From Callorhinchus milii (taxonomy: Eukaryota), in NCBI RefSeq assembly GCF_018977255.1, contig NW_024704742.1:52454001-52518000 (forward strand): a DNA stretch of 64,000 nt, in the 5' to 3' direction. Below the pieces are notes generated by a model, which was given only the letters and a program-made list of their open reading frames with translations, did no database searches and was not told the DNA's origin. Made by a program: the position numbers and the translations under genes. The first letter of the stretch is position 1, and every line of letters starts with the position of its first letter. This document shows, one piece after another, positions 48,621 to 62,637 of the stretch.

Positions 48621-49167
48621 AAGATGTGGGTCTCAGATTGGTGCAGTTGAAGTCACTTGATCTGTTGGACTAACAAGAGATTGATTCTAGAAATTGTATG
48701 TTCTGCGTGCCAGCACTGCACCTCTTCACTTCAATACTCACACACGGTCAAAACAAGAACCTTACTCATATTCAGCTGCAAGAGCCCACTGCTTAACTTC
48801 AAAATAAGTTTCCTACTATTTCCTGGTGTGATGGATCTTCTTGCCACTGCCTGATGTATACATTTGTGTTGACTAACCTTGCCATCATTGGCAGCCTCTT
48901 AATGACTATGCAGACTGTGACTGATGGAGCTGCCCTGTCAGACTGATGTGAGGAAGCCTGCTCTGCACTGTTATCGCCTCTGACTACCTCTGACTCACAG
49001 AAAGAGCTGTTGAAATGATCTCCAAACCTCAGCACACTTATGCCAAAGACCCCACCAGCAGTGTAAACATAGTATTTTAATCATCACCCTGAGTAAAACT
49101 AAAGTTCAAATTGCATGTAACCAAAGTCCAACAAAGTGATGTCAGAATAGAATGGACCTGATGTTGT

Positions 49168-49570
49168 ATAACATAAGAACATAAGAAATGCTAGACGAAA
49201 AAAAAATCAAGGTCCATCTAGTTCGCCTTCCACCTTCCTGGCAGTCGTATGCCCATATGTCCCAAACTACCCGTATGCTATATCCAATTATGTTATTTCC
49301 TAAAAGAAAACCATCTAATCTGCATTTGAAGGAATTAACACTTCCTGCTTCAACCATCTCCCTAGGGAGCCTGTTCCACAGGTTTACTATTCGCTCACTA
49401 TTTGAATCTAATGTTTTCGTAGATTTGTTCTGAATTTCTCCCCTTCAATCGCAGGCTGTGTCCTCTGGTTTTACTATTCTGGACAAATCGAAACAGCCTG
49501 TCATGATCTGCATTCTCTAAACCCTTTAGAATTTTAAAGACAGCAATCATATCTGCAATCTTATAGAGAA
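49168..49570 (-). mobile_element. CR1-type LINE 3' fragment
   Basis: DMIAVFKIL.G.E...KTRGHSLRL...VEAGSVNSFK.RLD in minus frames; (ttcttatg)n tail. Confidence 0.85.
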
Positions 49571-50199
49571 TATTGAGATTTTTTGTATAATTAATCATTG
49601 GCACAGGTAAAACCAATATTTTTCAGTTGAAAGTTTGAAGGTAAATACACATCCACCATAACTGTATCAGCTAGGTTCACTTGGCAGCAGCCTCCGAGTC
49701 ACAAGGTTTTGGGTTCAATCCCCACGTTGGCATTTTGAGCTCATAGTCTAGGCTGAAGTTCAACAAAATAATGACAGAATAGAATAGACTCGATGTTGTG
49801 TGTCATGTATCTATTATTATGTAGAACACCCTAGCTGAGTTGGTAGTACTCTTAACTCTGAGTCAGAGGATTGTGAGTTCAAACCCCTCGTCGGGACTTG
49901 CAACTCATGTAGTCTATGTTGATACTACAATGCAGTTTTGCCCACAAGAGACACACACAATCAATTAACTTTTCAGTATATTCTGTGAAGCACTTTGAAA
50001 CGTCGCAAAGACATGATAAGCTGCTATATCAAATGCCAAGATTATTATTATTATCCCACTAATTAGCAGTTGAACGTCATGATCTACGAACCCAATTCAG
50101 TACCTTACAAAATTGTGAGTGGCATTTGGGCTGGGGCTCATCCAGTTCTCAAGCCATCTGAAAATCATAAGGTGACAGCCAGCATGTGGACAAGGGCAC

Positions 50200-51073
50200 T
50201 AATCCCCTCCTCACTCTTGCTGGCCTGACCACAATTTGTTAAATCACTGCTCTTCTACTCTGCACATGAATTTGGCCGCTGCCTCAGACCCAGGCTGCCT
50301 TATCTCTTCCTTCCTACCTTCATTTCTCTCTTCCCAGCTTTTCCTCATCTACATGCTCCCTCTCGATTACATCATCCACAGAAATGGGAATCCTCTATCA
50401 TACGTTAGCAGAAGACACACAAATTTACTTCTATCTGCATCACAGCCACTTATGGACTTAATATCAGGCTTCAAGTCCTGGATTAACCATAATTTCTTCA
50501 AAACAATGTCGAGAAAACTGAGGCTATCTGGCTCAGTTCCTCCCAATGACTTCTTACCTCAGGCACTCACCATATTGACCTTCCCAGTTGCTCTCTTTGA
50601 CTCATTGAGCCTGAGTGAATCAACTGGTTTCTGACTAAGTCTGCTTTCTTTCATCTTGACAAAATTGCCTGCTTCAACCACTGTTTCACTCCCAATGTAG
50701 ACATCAACACCTTCTCCAGTAGACTCCCCACACCTTCCCTTGCTGTGTCCCAGCTCAGAATCATATTCCATCTCTGTAAAGTGCTTTGAGACATTCTCCC
50801 TATGCGAAAGTTGCTACATAATTGTAAATTGTTGTTGTTATTTGATGCAATGTGAATTGATGTCCTTGATTGCTTTACGTGTTACCCTTTGACTCTTCAA
50901 CCGTGCTTCAGCTCCCCTCTCGACTCTCTTCCCCATCCTCGCTCCCTCCCTTCCCTCCCCTCACCCTGACCATTTCCCCCCTGCTCGGGTTCCGACCCAA
51001 CTGTCCAGCGCCTTGGGACGTCCTCCCGACGTGAAAAGCGCTCTATAAATGCAATCTTGTTGTTGTTGTTGCT
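50200..51073 (+). mobile_element. Decayed L2 RT-region remnant and L2 3' ends
   Basis: FLIYMLPL-x-x-II resembles L2 RT domain 4-5; tail gggacgtcctcccgacgtgaaaagcgctctataaatgcaatc(ttg)n. Confidence 0.65.
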
Positions 51074-52188
51074 GACTGTGTCTGGAGCTGCCAGGTGCAA
51101 GAAAGGGAAGGAAGAGATGGTACAGCTGAGAGGAGATGCCTTCGGCTGAAATGACTTATACAGTTGTGGACTTATAGAGTGCAACATCTGAGGATCCAAA
51201 GTTATATCTGTGCTTCAACATTCAATTGTCAGAAGAGAGAGGATGTTTTTGATGGCATCCTGGACGAGGAGATTTTGCCCAAATAAAAGGTTTGAGTCAA
51301 TTAGTCCTTGATTTTCTTTAGTTCACATACAGTAGTTGGAGGCCTGTAACCTGACTGTGATTGATAGTCATTTTGCTCTGGGTGAGGATATCTAAGGAAA
51401 CAGACTATTTTGTGTAGTCTTGGGTGGCATCTAGTAGCGCACAGATGCTTTTAATTGATAAGAATCTGTTTGAGCCATCCTGTCAGTCACTGTGCCATTA
51501 AACATGTCTCTGATAAAAATCAGATTAAACATATGTTGGAAACAGCATGTTATCTCTCCAGTATTATTGTAAGGATACTCGTATAAATGGAAAGTACACT
51601 ATATGTGACATTTTTGGGGGTAATACAGAAGCCAAGTGTATGTTAATCTTTCTTCATGTTTTTTCAGTCAAACCACTGGAGAATTCAGTGTCACGACTGG
51701 CTAAGCACTGCACATTCAAAACGTACCTTCCTGTGACAACCTCACAACATGGTGTAAAACAAATGCGATGGATTGAAGCATTTGAAAAAAACAACACTGT
51801 TATTTTCTTAGTTTATGGACTCTTTCATTATAATCCCAGCATTGGTAAAAACCTTGTTACCAGTAGTTTATATATAGAGATTATAATTTATTTAAACAAA
51901 GCAGTGTGAGGTAAACATTCTTTTTGAGTAGTGAAGCAAATGTAAATTTGTGTTGTATTATAACCAGGAGCTTGCACTTGATTTCTGCATGTTCTGTCAT
52001 TATCAAAGAAGAATAGAGCAAACCATCAATTTGGTTGCTGAGATTAGCCACTTCTACTCAGCCTGTTTGGTGCTGTGAAAGGCCACTCTACCCTGCGTGA
52101 GTGGTGCTATACAAATGCAAGTTGTTGTTGTCGAAGTTGTTGTAGTGGTTGCTTGTTCAGAATTTCGGGAGGGATAGCAGCATCTAGC

Positions 52189-52497
52189 GGAGTCCTGTAG
52201 CTCAGTGTTAGAGCACTCGCCTCACAAGCGAGAGACCTAGGTGCGATTCCCGGCAGGGTGAAACCTTGGCAAGTTTCCTGATTCCACAAGCCTGATAATA
52301 ATCCCTCAAGAAAAAAGAACAATAATAAATTGGTCACTTCAATCCACGACTAGTTTGTTGGACACTGCTGTGTGCAATTGGCTTCCACGTTTCGCCCACA
52401 AATATAGTCAATTCCCTTTACAGTCTATTCTGTGAAGCGCTTTGAGACATCTAGAAGATATGAAAAGCGCTATATCAAATGCAAGGATTATTATTAT
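52189..52497 (+). mobile_element. tRNA-derived SINE, short subfamily
   Basis: Full-length copy. Confidence 0.92.
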
Positions 52498-52936
52498 CTT
52501 TGGATGGTGTTGAATTTGGAGATGATGGAAGATATTTTGGTCGATGTGAAATTTTTAGCTGCAAAATGTTGGGGAATGAGAAGTGATGTACAACAGTATG
52601 TCATTCATACAGAATGATTCTTGTGTCCTGTAGATGTGTGGGAGTCATGTTATGGCCGTGGCTTGGAGTGTTCATACAGAGCAAGCCAAATAGGAAGCAA
52701 CCCTGCCTAATCCCTTATTGGAAAGGAATTAGCAATGTCCATCTCAAGACCTTCTTGTTTGATCACGCTTCCGGTCATCTTTCCCTTCCGCACACTTGGC
52801 TCCCACCCTCAGCTTAGATGCCAAGCCAGGAGTGTTAAGCACTTTGGGATGCCCCCGATATAAAAGGCACTGTATAAACATACATTTGTATTGTATAATA
52901 GCACAGATGTTATTTTAAATTGAATGATATTTTAAA

Positions 52937-53268
52937 TTGTGGAGTCCTGTAGCTCAGTGGTTAGAGCACTCGCCTTGCAAGGGAGAGACCTGGGTTCAAT
53001 TCCAGGCAGGGCGAAACCTTGGGCAAGTTTCCTTACTCCACACGCCTAATAATAATCCCTCCAAAAAGCAAAACAATAATAAATTGGACATTTTCAATCC
53101 ATGACTGTTTGTGGGACACTGCTGTGCGCAATTGGCTGCTGCTGCATTTCGCCCACAAATTGACTGTAAAGTCAATTCCCTTTACAGTCTATTCTGTGAA
53201 GCACTTTGAGACGTCGAGAAGACGTGAAAAGTGCTATATCAAATGCAAGGATTATTATTATTATTATA
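52937..53268 (+). mobile_element. tRNA-derived SINE, short subfamily
   Basis: Full-length copy with (TTA)n tail. Confidence 0.92.
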
Positions 53269-54506
53269 TGAAAACAGACCCTACATAATTCAGCACTGTA
53301 AACAGTGCCAAGATAAGAGAGCACACAACCCCAATGAATGCCAAAGTAGCAGTATCTCAGCAGTACAAAGTTCAAATTAAAGTCAACTCTGATTCTAAGT
53401 TGACTTATCTGTGGCAATGTCAATGCATATATCAACTTTTTTGTTGTTTTTTCCCCTGCATGTTTATATTTTATTGCAAAAGGCTAAGCTGCTGGAGAAG
53501 TCAGTGCTTTATGTGACATCCAGCAACGGGATAGGGTGCCCCCACAGTGCTCAGTGGGATGATCCATCAGCTAGTCGCTGGATGTCAATGTAAAGGTCAC
53601 CAAAAGTCACTGAGCAGGAAGCAGAAGGAGGAGCAGCTGAGATGAGCTGCCAGGAAAACTGAAATGTTGTTGACCCTAGATGTGGAGCAATGATGACCCA
53701 CACAGGAGGTAAGCAAAATGTAACCAAAAAGCCTAGTTAACTTTAATTCAAATGTCTATTGCATCCATCAGTCAAACAAGGCATTGCTGAATCGAACTAT
53801 TAAAATATTAAAATACGATCCCTAAAAACAGCCCAGAGTCAAATCCAGAATTCATAGATCTCCGTCAACCTTCACTCTTCCTTCCCAGTCAGGCCAGCAG
53901 AGGTAGGTGCATTGAGATTGCCAGGATAAACAATATTTTTGCAAATTGTTGGACCAGTCGCTTTTTTAGCCACATTTCTACAAATCAAATGCACAAAACA
54001 TTGCTGAGCCAAACAATAAATGTGATTAACTGCAAAGCTGACACTTGTCTCTGGTTCTGTTTCAACCAAAATGGTTGATATTGCCCTTGGATGCATTTGT
54101 GTACAGCGTCCAGTGATGGCTGCATTTGCTTTTATTCCTAGCTATCTGGAACTCAAAACATGTTTGTTACTATGAAAGAACTACATAATCATGTAGGTCA
54201 AGGTTCTGGAAGACTTGCACAATAAGATGTTACGATCTAAACAATCTGCTTTAGGCCACTAGTGAGATGCAGTTATCACTTACACTGTTCAAGCAATACG
54301 CTCAGTCTCAATTATTGGTATTTTGAAAGAAGAATTAAAGATTAAGTGCATCCTGCCCTGGAAAAAAAATTAATTTAAGGGAGCAATATATCTTTTGTCA
54401 CTTGCTTCATATTGAACTGGATAAACTATCCTTTATCTTTCAGCGCAAAGATGAGAGGAAAATAGTCACCTTCCCTAAATGATTTATCATTAATTATTAT
54501 TTTGGT

Positions 54507-54720
54507 GTCAACTTGACTCAGTTGGTAGCACTCTTGTCTCTGAGTCAGAAGGCTGTACATTAAAAATCCAAGTGGGGACTTTGAATTCACAATCTAGGCT
54601 GACATTTAAATAAAGTGATAGGGGGAGCATTGCATTATCGGAGGTACTGTCCAACAGATGAGACATTAATTCGAGGTCATGTTTGCCTGTGCAAGAGGAC
54701 CTTAAAGATCCCCTGGCACC
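54507..54720 (+). mobile_element. Older DeuSINE 5' half
   Basis: ctcagttggtagcactcttgtctctgagtcagaagg head. Confidence 0.7.
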
Positions 54721-55310
54721 GTACAAAAGTGAAATGAATTAGCATTTTATAGCATGTAGAATTGGGTAAATTGTGGAACTCAGTCTTATCTGGCTCTGTG
54801 TAGTTCACGAGAAGTTCAAAATTTAGACCATATTTAAGAGTTTGCCAACTTCTATACTCTCTGAAATGCTAAGAAATTGGGGTAAGCGAATAGCCAGGTG
54901 GAATGTCTACCCTCTGGTGCTTGTACCAATGGTATATTTTGCATTCTATTTATGATTAACAGGAAGAGGTTTAATGGTCATATATGTGCTATCAATGATA
55001 GTAAAATACAACCAAAGAATCCAAACTGCTGAGTGTGCGATGTCTACAATATGGCAGAACAATGTACTGTCTATTGAAGGTGTAATCTTGAGTGCCAAAA
55101 TCTTGCAATCACTTAAAAGTTCATTCTGATCCTGGGAGAGTGTGGCTCTTGCCCCTCATTGTCAGATCTCACCGCCTCATCTCCAGCTCAAGGATAGGAA
55201 ACAAATATTGAACAAATGAAAGTTAGAAGTCTTCGAAACGACAAGGACTTTAAAAAAAGTTTAATTAAGACGAGCAAATGAGAAGATTATCCAGTCACCT
55301 GGAGCAGGGT

Positions 55311-55326
55311 GCTGCCATCTTGTGGT
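55311..55326 (-). promoter_or_regulatory. CTCF-like motif ACCACAAGATGGCAGC
   Basis: Close match to the CTCF core CCACYAGRKGGCRS, in non-repetitive sequence. Confidence 0.5.
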
Positions 55327-56029
55327 AGTCATGGCGCAGTTGCTGATTACGTATGCTAAAAAGTCACAAATACAACACCTATGTTCTTTATTGCTGTTAT
55401 GTTGTATTTACGGTATTTCAATATCACACCGCATAAGATGAAGAAATAACTAATAAGTACAAGCGAACAGTTGTCCAAAAGGAAATAGGTCTAATCTGAA
55501 ATTGCCCCCAGCTAAAGGTCAAAAATTATAGAAAGTGTCTAAACGTCTACAAATAATTATTTTCTCAAACATGGTAAAAACAATTCAAAATAAAGGTGTT
55601 TTGCTTACAAGTACAGAAAAACACAAACTTTAATCTTGAATGAGGGTGTATTATGTTTTGTACACATTTTGTATTTACATTCGATACCCTTGAATAACAG
55701 CTATTAAACTGTGGTTAACTGGCAATAGATTCTTACAAAGGTAATCACAGGTTATCAAATTACTTGTGTCCTTTATTAAGAAGCAGTTAAGAAACATTAT
55801 AGCTACAGGCCTTCCTTATCCCCTGCAATTTAGCTGATTAACTGCTTCCTTCAAAAATATTTCCCAAATCTAGCTACAAGGCACAGCTAATTTAATATAA
55901 CCATTCATTTCATTGTTGTTTATGGGACGTGCCTGGCACAGATTAACTGCCATGTTTGCCTGTATAACAGCATTCTATGTTAAATAGAACAACCCTCTAC
56001 AACTGATTTGAGTTCTCGGCCATACCACA

Positions 56030-56448
56030 CTCCACACTCCCATCACCACTGACTCCCTATTGCAGAATGGATTGATTTCAATATCCTTACACTTACTTAA
56101 AAAGCAATTCATGCTCTAGCATCTCCCTACCTCTTCAACGTGTTTACACCCCACTCCACTACCCGCCCCCTTCGATCAGCCGGCTTCAGCCTTCTACACT
56201 CCCTCATTCCCTCTGTTCCACCATCAGTGGCTGTGCTTTCAGCCACTACGCCCAAAAACCCTTCCACTTTCTGCCTCTATCCCTCTACCTTGCCCACTCC
56301 TTGACTGCCTTCAGATCACACCTGAAGACATTCCTCTTTAACCTATGATCACCTCCCCTCCCTCCCCATTTCAGCATAAGGCACTGTTAAGCACTTCAAG
56401 ATACTACCTGCGTGAAGGGTGCTATATAAATGCAAGTTGTTGTTGTTA
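56030..56448 (+). mobile_element. L2 LINE 3' fragment
   Basis: gctttcagccactacgccc...cacacctgaagacattcctctt...gctatataaatgcaagttgttgttg. Confidence 0.82.
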
Positions 56449-56699
56449 TAAGTAAGATTTATTGCTTATTTATATATGCCATATTTAGTTTAGTTTAGAC
56501 TTGTATGCCTTATGATACAAGTGGGTATGAAGCCTTCCCCACCCTTGTTTCTATTCTGAAAGAAAAGTGGAATTTCCTCTGTCATGATGTCTTATGTTCC
56601 TCCTCAACCAAACTTGCTCCAAAAATGAAAATGAATTGTCCATATTGTTATTTCCAGGTCATTATTGGGGCAAATCACCTACTAAAATAGCAGATTCAA

Positions 56700-56880
56700 T
56701 AACAACTTTTAAGAGAGAAGTAGATAATTATTCGGGGAGGACAAGTTAGCAGGGCTATGGGGAGAGAGCGGGGGAGTGGGATTGAATTGGATAATTCTTT
56801 TCAAAGAGCCGGCACAGACACAATGGGCCAAATGTCCTCCTTCTGTGTTGTATAATTCTATGACTCTATAATTCTATGAT
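56700..56880 (+). mobile_element. CR1-type 3' end
   Basis: ggggagtgggattgaattggata...ccttctgtg.tgtataattctatga. Confidence 0.8.
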
Positions 56881-57913
56881 TTGCCTCCAATACAACATAT
56901 ACATCATTTCTAATGACTCTAATCTCAATTTGTAAGCATTTTCAGATGTTTCTTTAGTGTAAATACATGTGAAACATCTTCCAAGACATAAATTATGGCT
57001 GTGAATTTTGTTGGCGTACAAGGTAGAATATCTTCTGATTTCCATGTCGATTTCATGAGTTATATTTGGACTGATGGATTCAATGGGGACATTCAAAAGA
57101 GAAATGGAAATTTAAGGAGTATGGCTAAAGGGCTAAAATTGGAGTTAAAAGATCTGACAAGATCTAAAATTGGTGGAACAGGCTCAAATGGGCTGAATGA
57201 CTTTCTCCTATTTTCCTAAATTCCTACACTCACATGGGTTGAACCCCCAAGTTCACACTCCAGTGCAGTGCTAGGCAGAGTTGCATTGTTGGAGGTGCCA
57301 TATAGCAATATCCAGAAACAGCCATGAATTGAATGTCCAAATCTAAGCCATTAAATTATGAAGAAAAAATATTCCACGGGATACCACAGACACATCCCTT
57401 TCCTCTCTCCGTAAGGTCTCAGCAAGGATTTCTCCAATATGATGCTGCTTGACTATAAAGTGCAGCTAAAAAGAGTACGCTAACTTAATTCAAATCAGCA
57501 CCCTGGGAAGCTGTGCTGAAATCTTACTAAAATCCTCAACTGGAACTAAAGTATTTCTGATCATTTGCGTCAGGGAGGCAAAGGTTAAATTCCAAGTTCA
57601 TTCTTCAGGTATGTCTGAAAATAAGTGATATTTTACTGAACTGTTATGATACTGCAACTTTCATCCTTATGTACCTCTGTGCATCTCTCTCTTCTCTCTC
57701 TCTCCCTCTTCTCTCTCTGTGAGATTTCATGGTTTATGTCATTTTCATGGTTTAACAACCCTAATTTATCTTTATCAAGTCATTTTCATAATCCATCCCT
57801 GTTACTCTGGCGATCATCCTCATTACTCTTTGAGAGATTAAAGACCTGAGCACCAACTCTCCCATCAACACAACATGTCCTGCAGAGTAAATTGTACCTC
57901 TGTACAGCTTATA

Positions 57914-58390
57914 CAACAACAACAACTTGCACTTATATAGTGCCCTCCATGCATGGTAGGGCCTCAGAGCGCTTAACAGTGATGGAGCCTGACCCCGAGC
58001 TGGGTGGGGGGTGGGTAAACTGGCCATAAGCACGGTTGAACAGGAAGGTTTTCAGGCGAGACTGAAAAAGGGAAGAGAGGTGGCAAGGCGGAGGAATTGA
58101 GGGAAAGTGTTACAGAGTTTTGGGGTGTAGTGGCTGAAAGCACGACCTCTGATGATGGGGCAGACAGTGCAAGGGATGAGCAAAAGGCCAGTGCCAGTCA
58201 AGCAGAGACGCCGAGTACTGGAGTGGGGAATGCGGAGATCGGAGATGTAGGGAGGTGCCAGATAGTGAAGGGATTTGAACACGTGTGTGAAGATCTTGAA
58301 GTCGATCTGTTCGGTGATGGGAAGCTAATGGAGCCTGGCCAGAACTGGTGAGATGTGGGTACGAAGTTTGTCCAGGTCAGTATGCGACTC
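57914..58390 (-). mobile_element. L2 LINE 3' fragment
   Basis: FKSLHYLAPPYISDL...GRAFSHYTPKLCN; (CAA)n tail on the plus strand. Confidence 0.85.
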
Positions 58391-59204
58391 AACAATTCAA
58401 CATGATTGTTGAGTTGTCACTAAGATATACACATCTGCATAATGCAGGGGCACATGTGAGTGAACCATAGCTGGCTCCTATCAATATGAAATATGAAATA
58501 GTTTACAATCAATTCACATTCAAGAGATGCCTTGTATATGCAGCAGGAACATATTACTGATGCCCAAATTTGCTGCACAGCCGGCAACAGGAGCAAAGGC
58601 AAAACAAACTGTAATTTCAGAGATATTTTGACTTATTCTGCATTGTAAGATCAATACATGAAACTAATGTAGAATCAGGGTAATGGTATCTCTTACCGTT
58701 AGCTTAAAAATTATAATTAAAAATATTACATGAAGAAACCAGGTACTTTGAGTATTCCTTTGGTCAAAGGGCTGAATCTGTCTCACCAACAAAACAATGA
58801 GGTGCAGTCAAATGTGCAGTCAAAAGGTGTGAATTCTTTGTTATGGCTGTAGAGACTGTGTATCAGAAAACACCCCCAGCAACTAAATCCCAATCTTTTG
58901 AATTTACACTTCTGTACACACAAACTAAGTATTCTATCCTTCCACCCGACTTTATTGACCAATTGAAGCTATTTAGTCACTTATAATGAGCATCTAAGAA
59001 TGAAATCACATAAATTGAGAGCAATAAGCAAGTGAGCAGCCTGAGATAAAAACACCTATCGTGGAATACAAAACATGTAGTTTTAGGATGAGATACAGTA
59101 AAGCAGCCAATCTGACAGATGCCTGGGAAGGGAAGGTGTTGCTTCGCAATCCTAATCCTACATCAGGAGAGTGAGGAGGAAGCAGTTTAGGAAAAGCTGC
59201 AAAG

Positions 59205-59780
59205 AACAATAACAAAAAAATTACATTCATATAGTTCCTTTCACGTCAGGAGGATGTCCCAAGCCGCTGGACAGACAGAGATACGGACCTGAGCTGAGGG
59301 TTGGGGTGGGGGAGGGTGGAAGGCAGGGGAGGAAGCAAGGAGATCGAAGAGGAGGGTCTTGAGGTGGGTCTTGAAGGTGGCAAAGGAGGGGGCGAGATGG
59401 AAGGACTGCAGGATGGAGTTCCAGAGGGTGTGTGCAGAGTGGCGGGAGGCCCACCCGCTGATAGTCGGGCAAGCAAGGCGGGGAACGTGAAGCCCGCTGA
59501 GTGGAGAGAGCGAACAGGGTGGTAGGGGGTTAGGAGGTCGCAGAGATAGGGGGGAGCAAGACTGCAGAGGGCTTTGAAGGTGAGGACCAGGATCTTGAAC
59601 TGTATCCTCTGTGTGATGGAAAGCCAGTGGAATTGGGCAAAGATGGGGGTGATAGGGATGATAGAAAAGAAGAATGGCAGAAGCAAAAGCTTACAACAAC
59701 TTCAACAACTTGCATTTATATAGCGCCCTTCATGCAAGGTAGCGTCTCAGAGCACTTAACAGTGGCGGAGCCTGACACCA
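59205..59780 (-). mobile_element. L2 LINE 3' fragment plus a second L2 tail
   Basis: ORF track shows PITPIFAQFHWLSITQRIQFKILVLTFKALCSLAPPYLCDLL. Confidence 0.88.
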
Positions 59781-60319
59781 AGCCAAGCATACTTGTGCTA
59801 ATGCTGCACAGAATATTATAAATTCATATACTGTACAAACATGTATATATGGAAAGTTCTCCAAATTTGAATGGCACTATAGACATAAATTCGTTGTTGT
59901 TGTTGATGTACATACATAAGCACATGCATACAATACTCATTGTGCAAGTATATTTAGTGAGCATACACACATCCTGAGACATTTAAGCAATTAAATTTGG
60001 CTACTCTGTCATCCACCAATAAACACCAGGTGTATGTAAGGTGTATGTCTTGGAATGGCAGACATACACCTTATCCCACTGGCAGACCAAGGCAGAGCAT
60101 ACATTAGCCATACAGTCCCAGACTTGAAGGTAATAACATTAAAAATATTGAATTAATTCTTTCAACTCCTTAAAATGAAACTAACTTTAAAAACGAAAGC
60201 TTTTAATTATGTAGTTCAACCAACCCATTCGCTCTTTTTTGTCTCACAACAAATTCACTGAGTTTATTCAGATCTGCATAGAGTATTGCATCCAAATTAT
60301 GGTCGCGACATAAGGGGGC

Positions 60320-60740
60320 TGCCTAGGTCCTAGAGACAGTTCAGAGGAGAGCAATGAGGACAACTGTTAGTGTTAGAGGAGTAAGCTATGAGAAACGATT
60401 AGATAAGCTAGTTTTGAAAGGAAATGTCTCACAGAGATTTAGAAGATTTTAAACAGGATTGAAAAAGTAAGCCCCGAACAATACTTTTAGATGCATTGAG
60501 ACAGCAGAACAAGGTGATACAGGTTTCAGGTTGAAAAGAGCAAATTCAGGACAGACACCATTTATTTACCCAGAGGTAATTAATGACTGGAACAAGAAAA
60601 GTGATTGAGGCCAGGTTGCTGGAATCATTTATAAAACAGCTTGAATCTGTGATGGAAAGATGGTATGTTGGGTATTCTGGAAGGATGAAATCAACTAGAC
60701 TAAAGATCCTTCTTCATCCAAACCAATCATGATCTTTCTA
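60320..60740 (+). mobile_element. Decayed CR1-type 3' fragment
   Basis: Homologous to 43390-43700 (tttacccaga..gtaattaatgactggaaca). Confidence 0.7.
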
Positions 60741-61232
60741 CGGTCAGCTCTCATTATGAGACCTAGTAAAGATATTTGTCATAACCATGTACATTATTTA
60801 CATTATACAGTCAGTCTCCATAACTGTAGAATGCATATCAACATCAATATGGGGATAGGGAAGGAGGAGTTCAATGATAATTCACTGAAAATGTGTTCAG
60901 AACATTTTACGTGGCTTGTGCCTTATTGTCTTGTTGTTGGTTAATTGAATTTTTGACGTGTTGAGAAATATCTTAAAGTGCTTAAGCATCTCCATCTCCA
61001 GCTAGCAATGAACCCACAAAAGCAATGTTTTGTTTGCCAGTTTTATGTGTGCACCCCCTCCTCATCTTTAATCTGAACGACCCTTATCCTAATAATACCA
61101 GATGTCACAAAGGTATTAAAATAAATTCTGTTCCAAGATAATTGGGTTGAACTATTACCCAGATGTGAATCCTATTTGTATTGGGCTAGAATAGAATGGA
61201 ACTGACTTTAAATTAATCAACTTTTAAAGTCA

Positions 61233-61274
61233 GTTTTCTATGTTAAGCAAATTCTTTTGCTTAACATAGAAAAC
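61233..61274. repeat. Perfect 19-bp inverted repeat with 4-nt loop
   Basis: gttttctatgttaagcaaa-ttct-tttgcttaacatagaaaac. Confidence 0.95.
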
Positions 61275-61390
61275 GCTGCCGCGTTTCATCCACAAAATAT
61301 ACAGTCACTCCACTTTACAGTATATTCGGTGAAGCGCTTTCAGACATCTCGAAGATGTGATCAAGTGCTATATCAAATGCAAGGATTATT
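61275..61390 (+). mobile_element. 5'-truncated SINE (Deu-like 3' part and tail)
   Basis: Begins at gctgccgcgtttc and ends aaatgcaaggattatt. Confidence 0.85.
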
Positions 61391-61875
61391 AATATTTATA
61401 TTGCACCCTTCATGCGGGGCAGCGTCATGGAGCGTTCAGAGAGGCTTCACGGTGCGGTGTGTTACTGTCCAGATATTCACTGTAGGTGTGTGTGTGAGTG
61501 TTTGTATGTATGTATGTACGTATATGGACAGAATTAAGTTAGTTCTAACCCCACAGGCCAGTGTTTCACTGGTACTCATTGCCCAGATCACTGTCACTAA
61601 GAATGGCCACTAGGTTGGGATGTTGGAAATGCTGTCAAACTTGTACCCCAACACAAGTCCCTCTGTTCAGGGGAGAAAGGGTAATGCATAACCTCTGCAA
61701 CTATTATGACATGGACAATATTTTAAAAAATCATAAATTACCCAAATAATACATTTTAAACAAGAATAAAACACATTGAATTAGCCATTTCAATACTTAA
61801 ATCGATCTACTGCACACAGATTTTTATACTAAAGTCTTTGGATGAAATCCAGTTGTGCATAGGAATATTATCCAG

Positions 61876-62204
61876 TTGTGGAGTCCTGTAGCTCAGTGGT
61901 TAGAGCACTCGCTTTGCAAGCGAGAGACCGGAGTTCAATTCCAGACAGGGCGAAACCTTGGGCAATTTTCCTTACTCCACACGCCTAATAATAATCCATC
62001 CAAAACCAAAAACAATAATAAATTGGTCATTTTCAATCTGCGACTGTTTGTGGGGCATTGCTGTGCGCAATTGGCTGCCGCGTTCGCCCACAAATATACA
62101 GTCAATTTACTTTACAGTGTGTTCTGTGAAGCTCTTTGGGACGTCCTCCCGACGTGAAAAGCGCTATATCAAATGCATTATTATTATTATTATTATTATT
62201 ATTA
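61876..62204 (+). mobile_element. tRNA-derived SINE, short subfamily
   Basis: Full-length copy; anticodon arm ctcgc-tttgcaa-gcgag (TGC, Ala-like). Confidence 0.92.
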
Positions 62205-62637
62205 TCTGTTACAAACTGATCATTACATGACATATCTTTCAATAATAAGAAAATCCGTGATTTTTTCACTAGCTGACCTCCGATTGCTTGACAAATCAGC
62301 TGTAGGCAAATTAGGACTAAACGCAGGCAGAGAAACAAGGATGCCAAATAAAACAGGAATAGTTACAAAAACATGTAAAAACTTAAAATTACTTAAGTGT
62401 CCGTGGTCAACAATAGAGCATGAAAATATAAGTCACTGAAGTGAACTGGATTCACTAGATGTTGGTGTTAAACTGTTTTCGTTAGAGGAAGCCAGGTCAA
62501 GCTTCCTTCGACAGGAAGCAAAAGAATTACACAATGTATCCTGTGATCAGTCACATTTTAAGCTTCATTTACCTCAGCTCAGTAGATTTTCTTATTACTT
62601 TTAAAAGTGCGTTTATGTGCCTTTATAACAAATACAT

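Noticed and set aside
61878..61950. tRNA-Ala(TGC)-like gene
   Set aside because: No acceptor stem; it continues directly into the SINE body and recurs in more than 10 copies, so it is a SINE head
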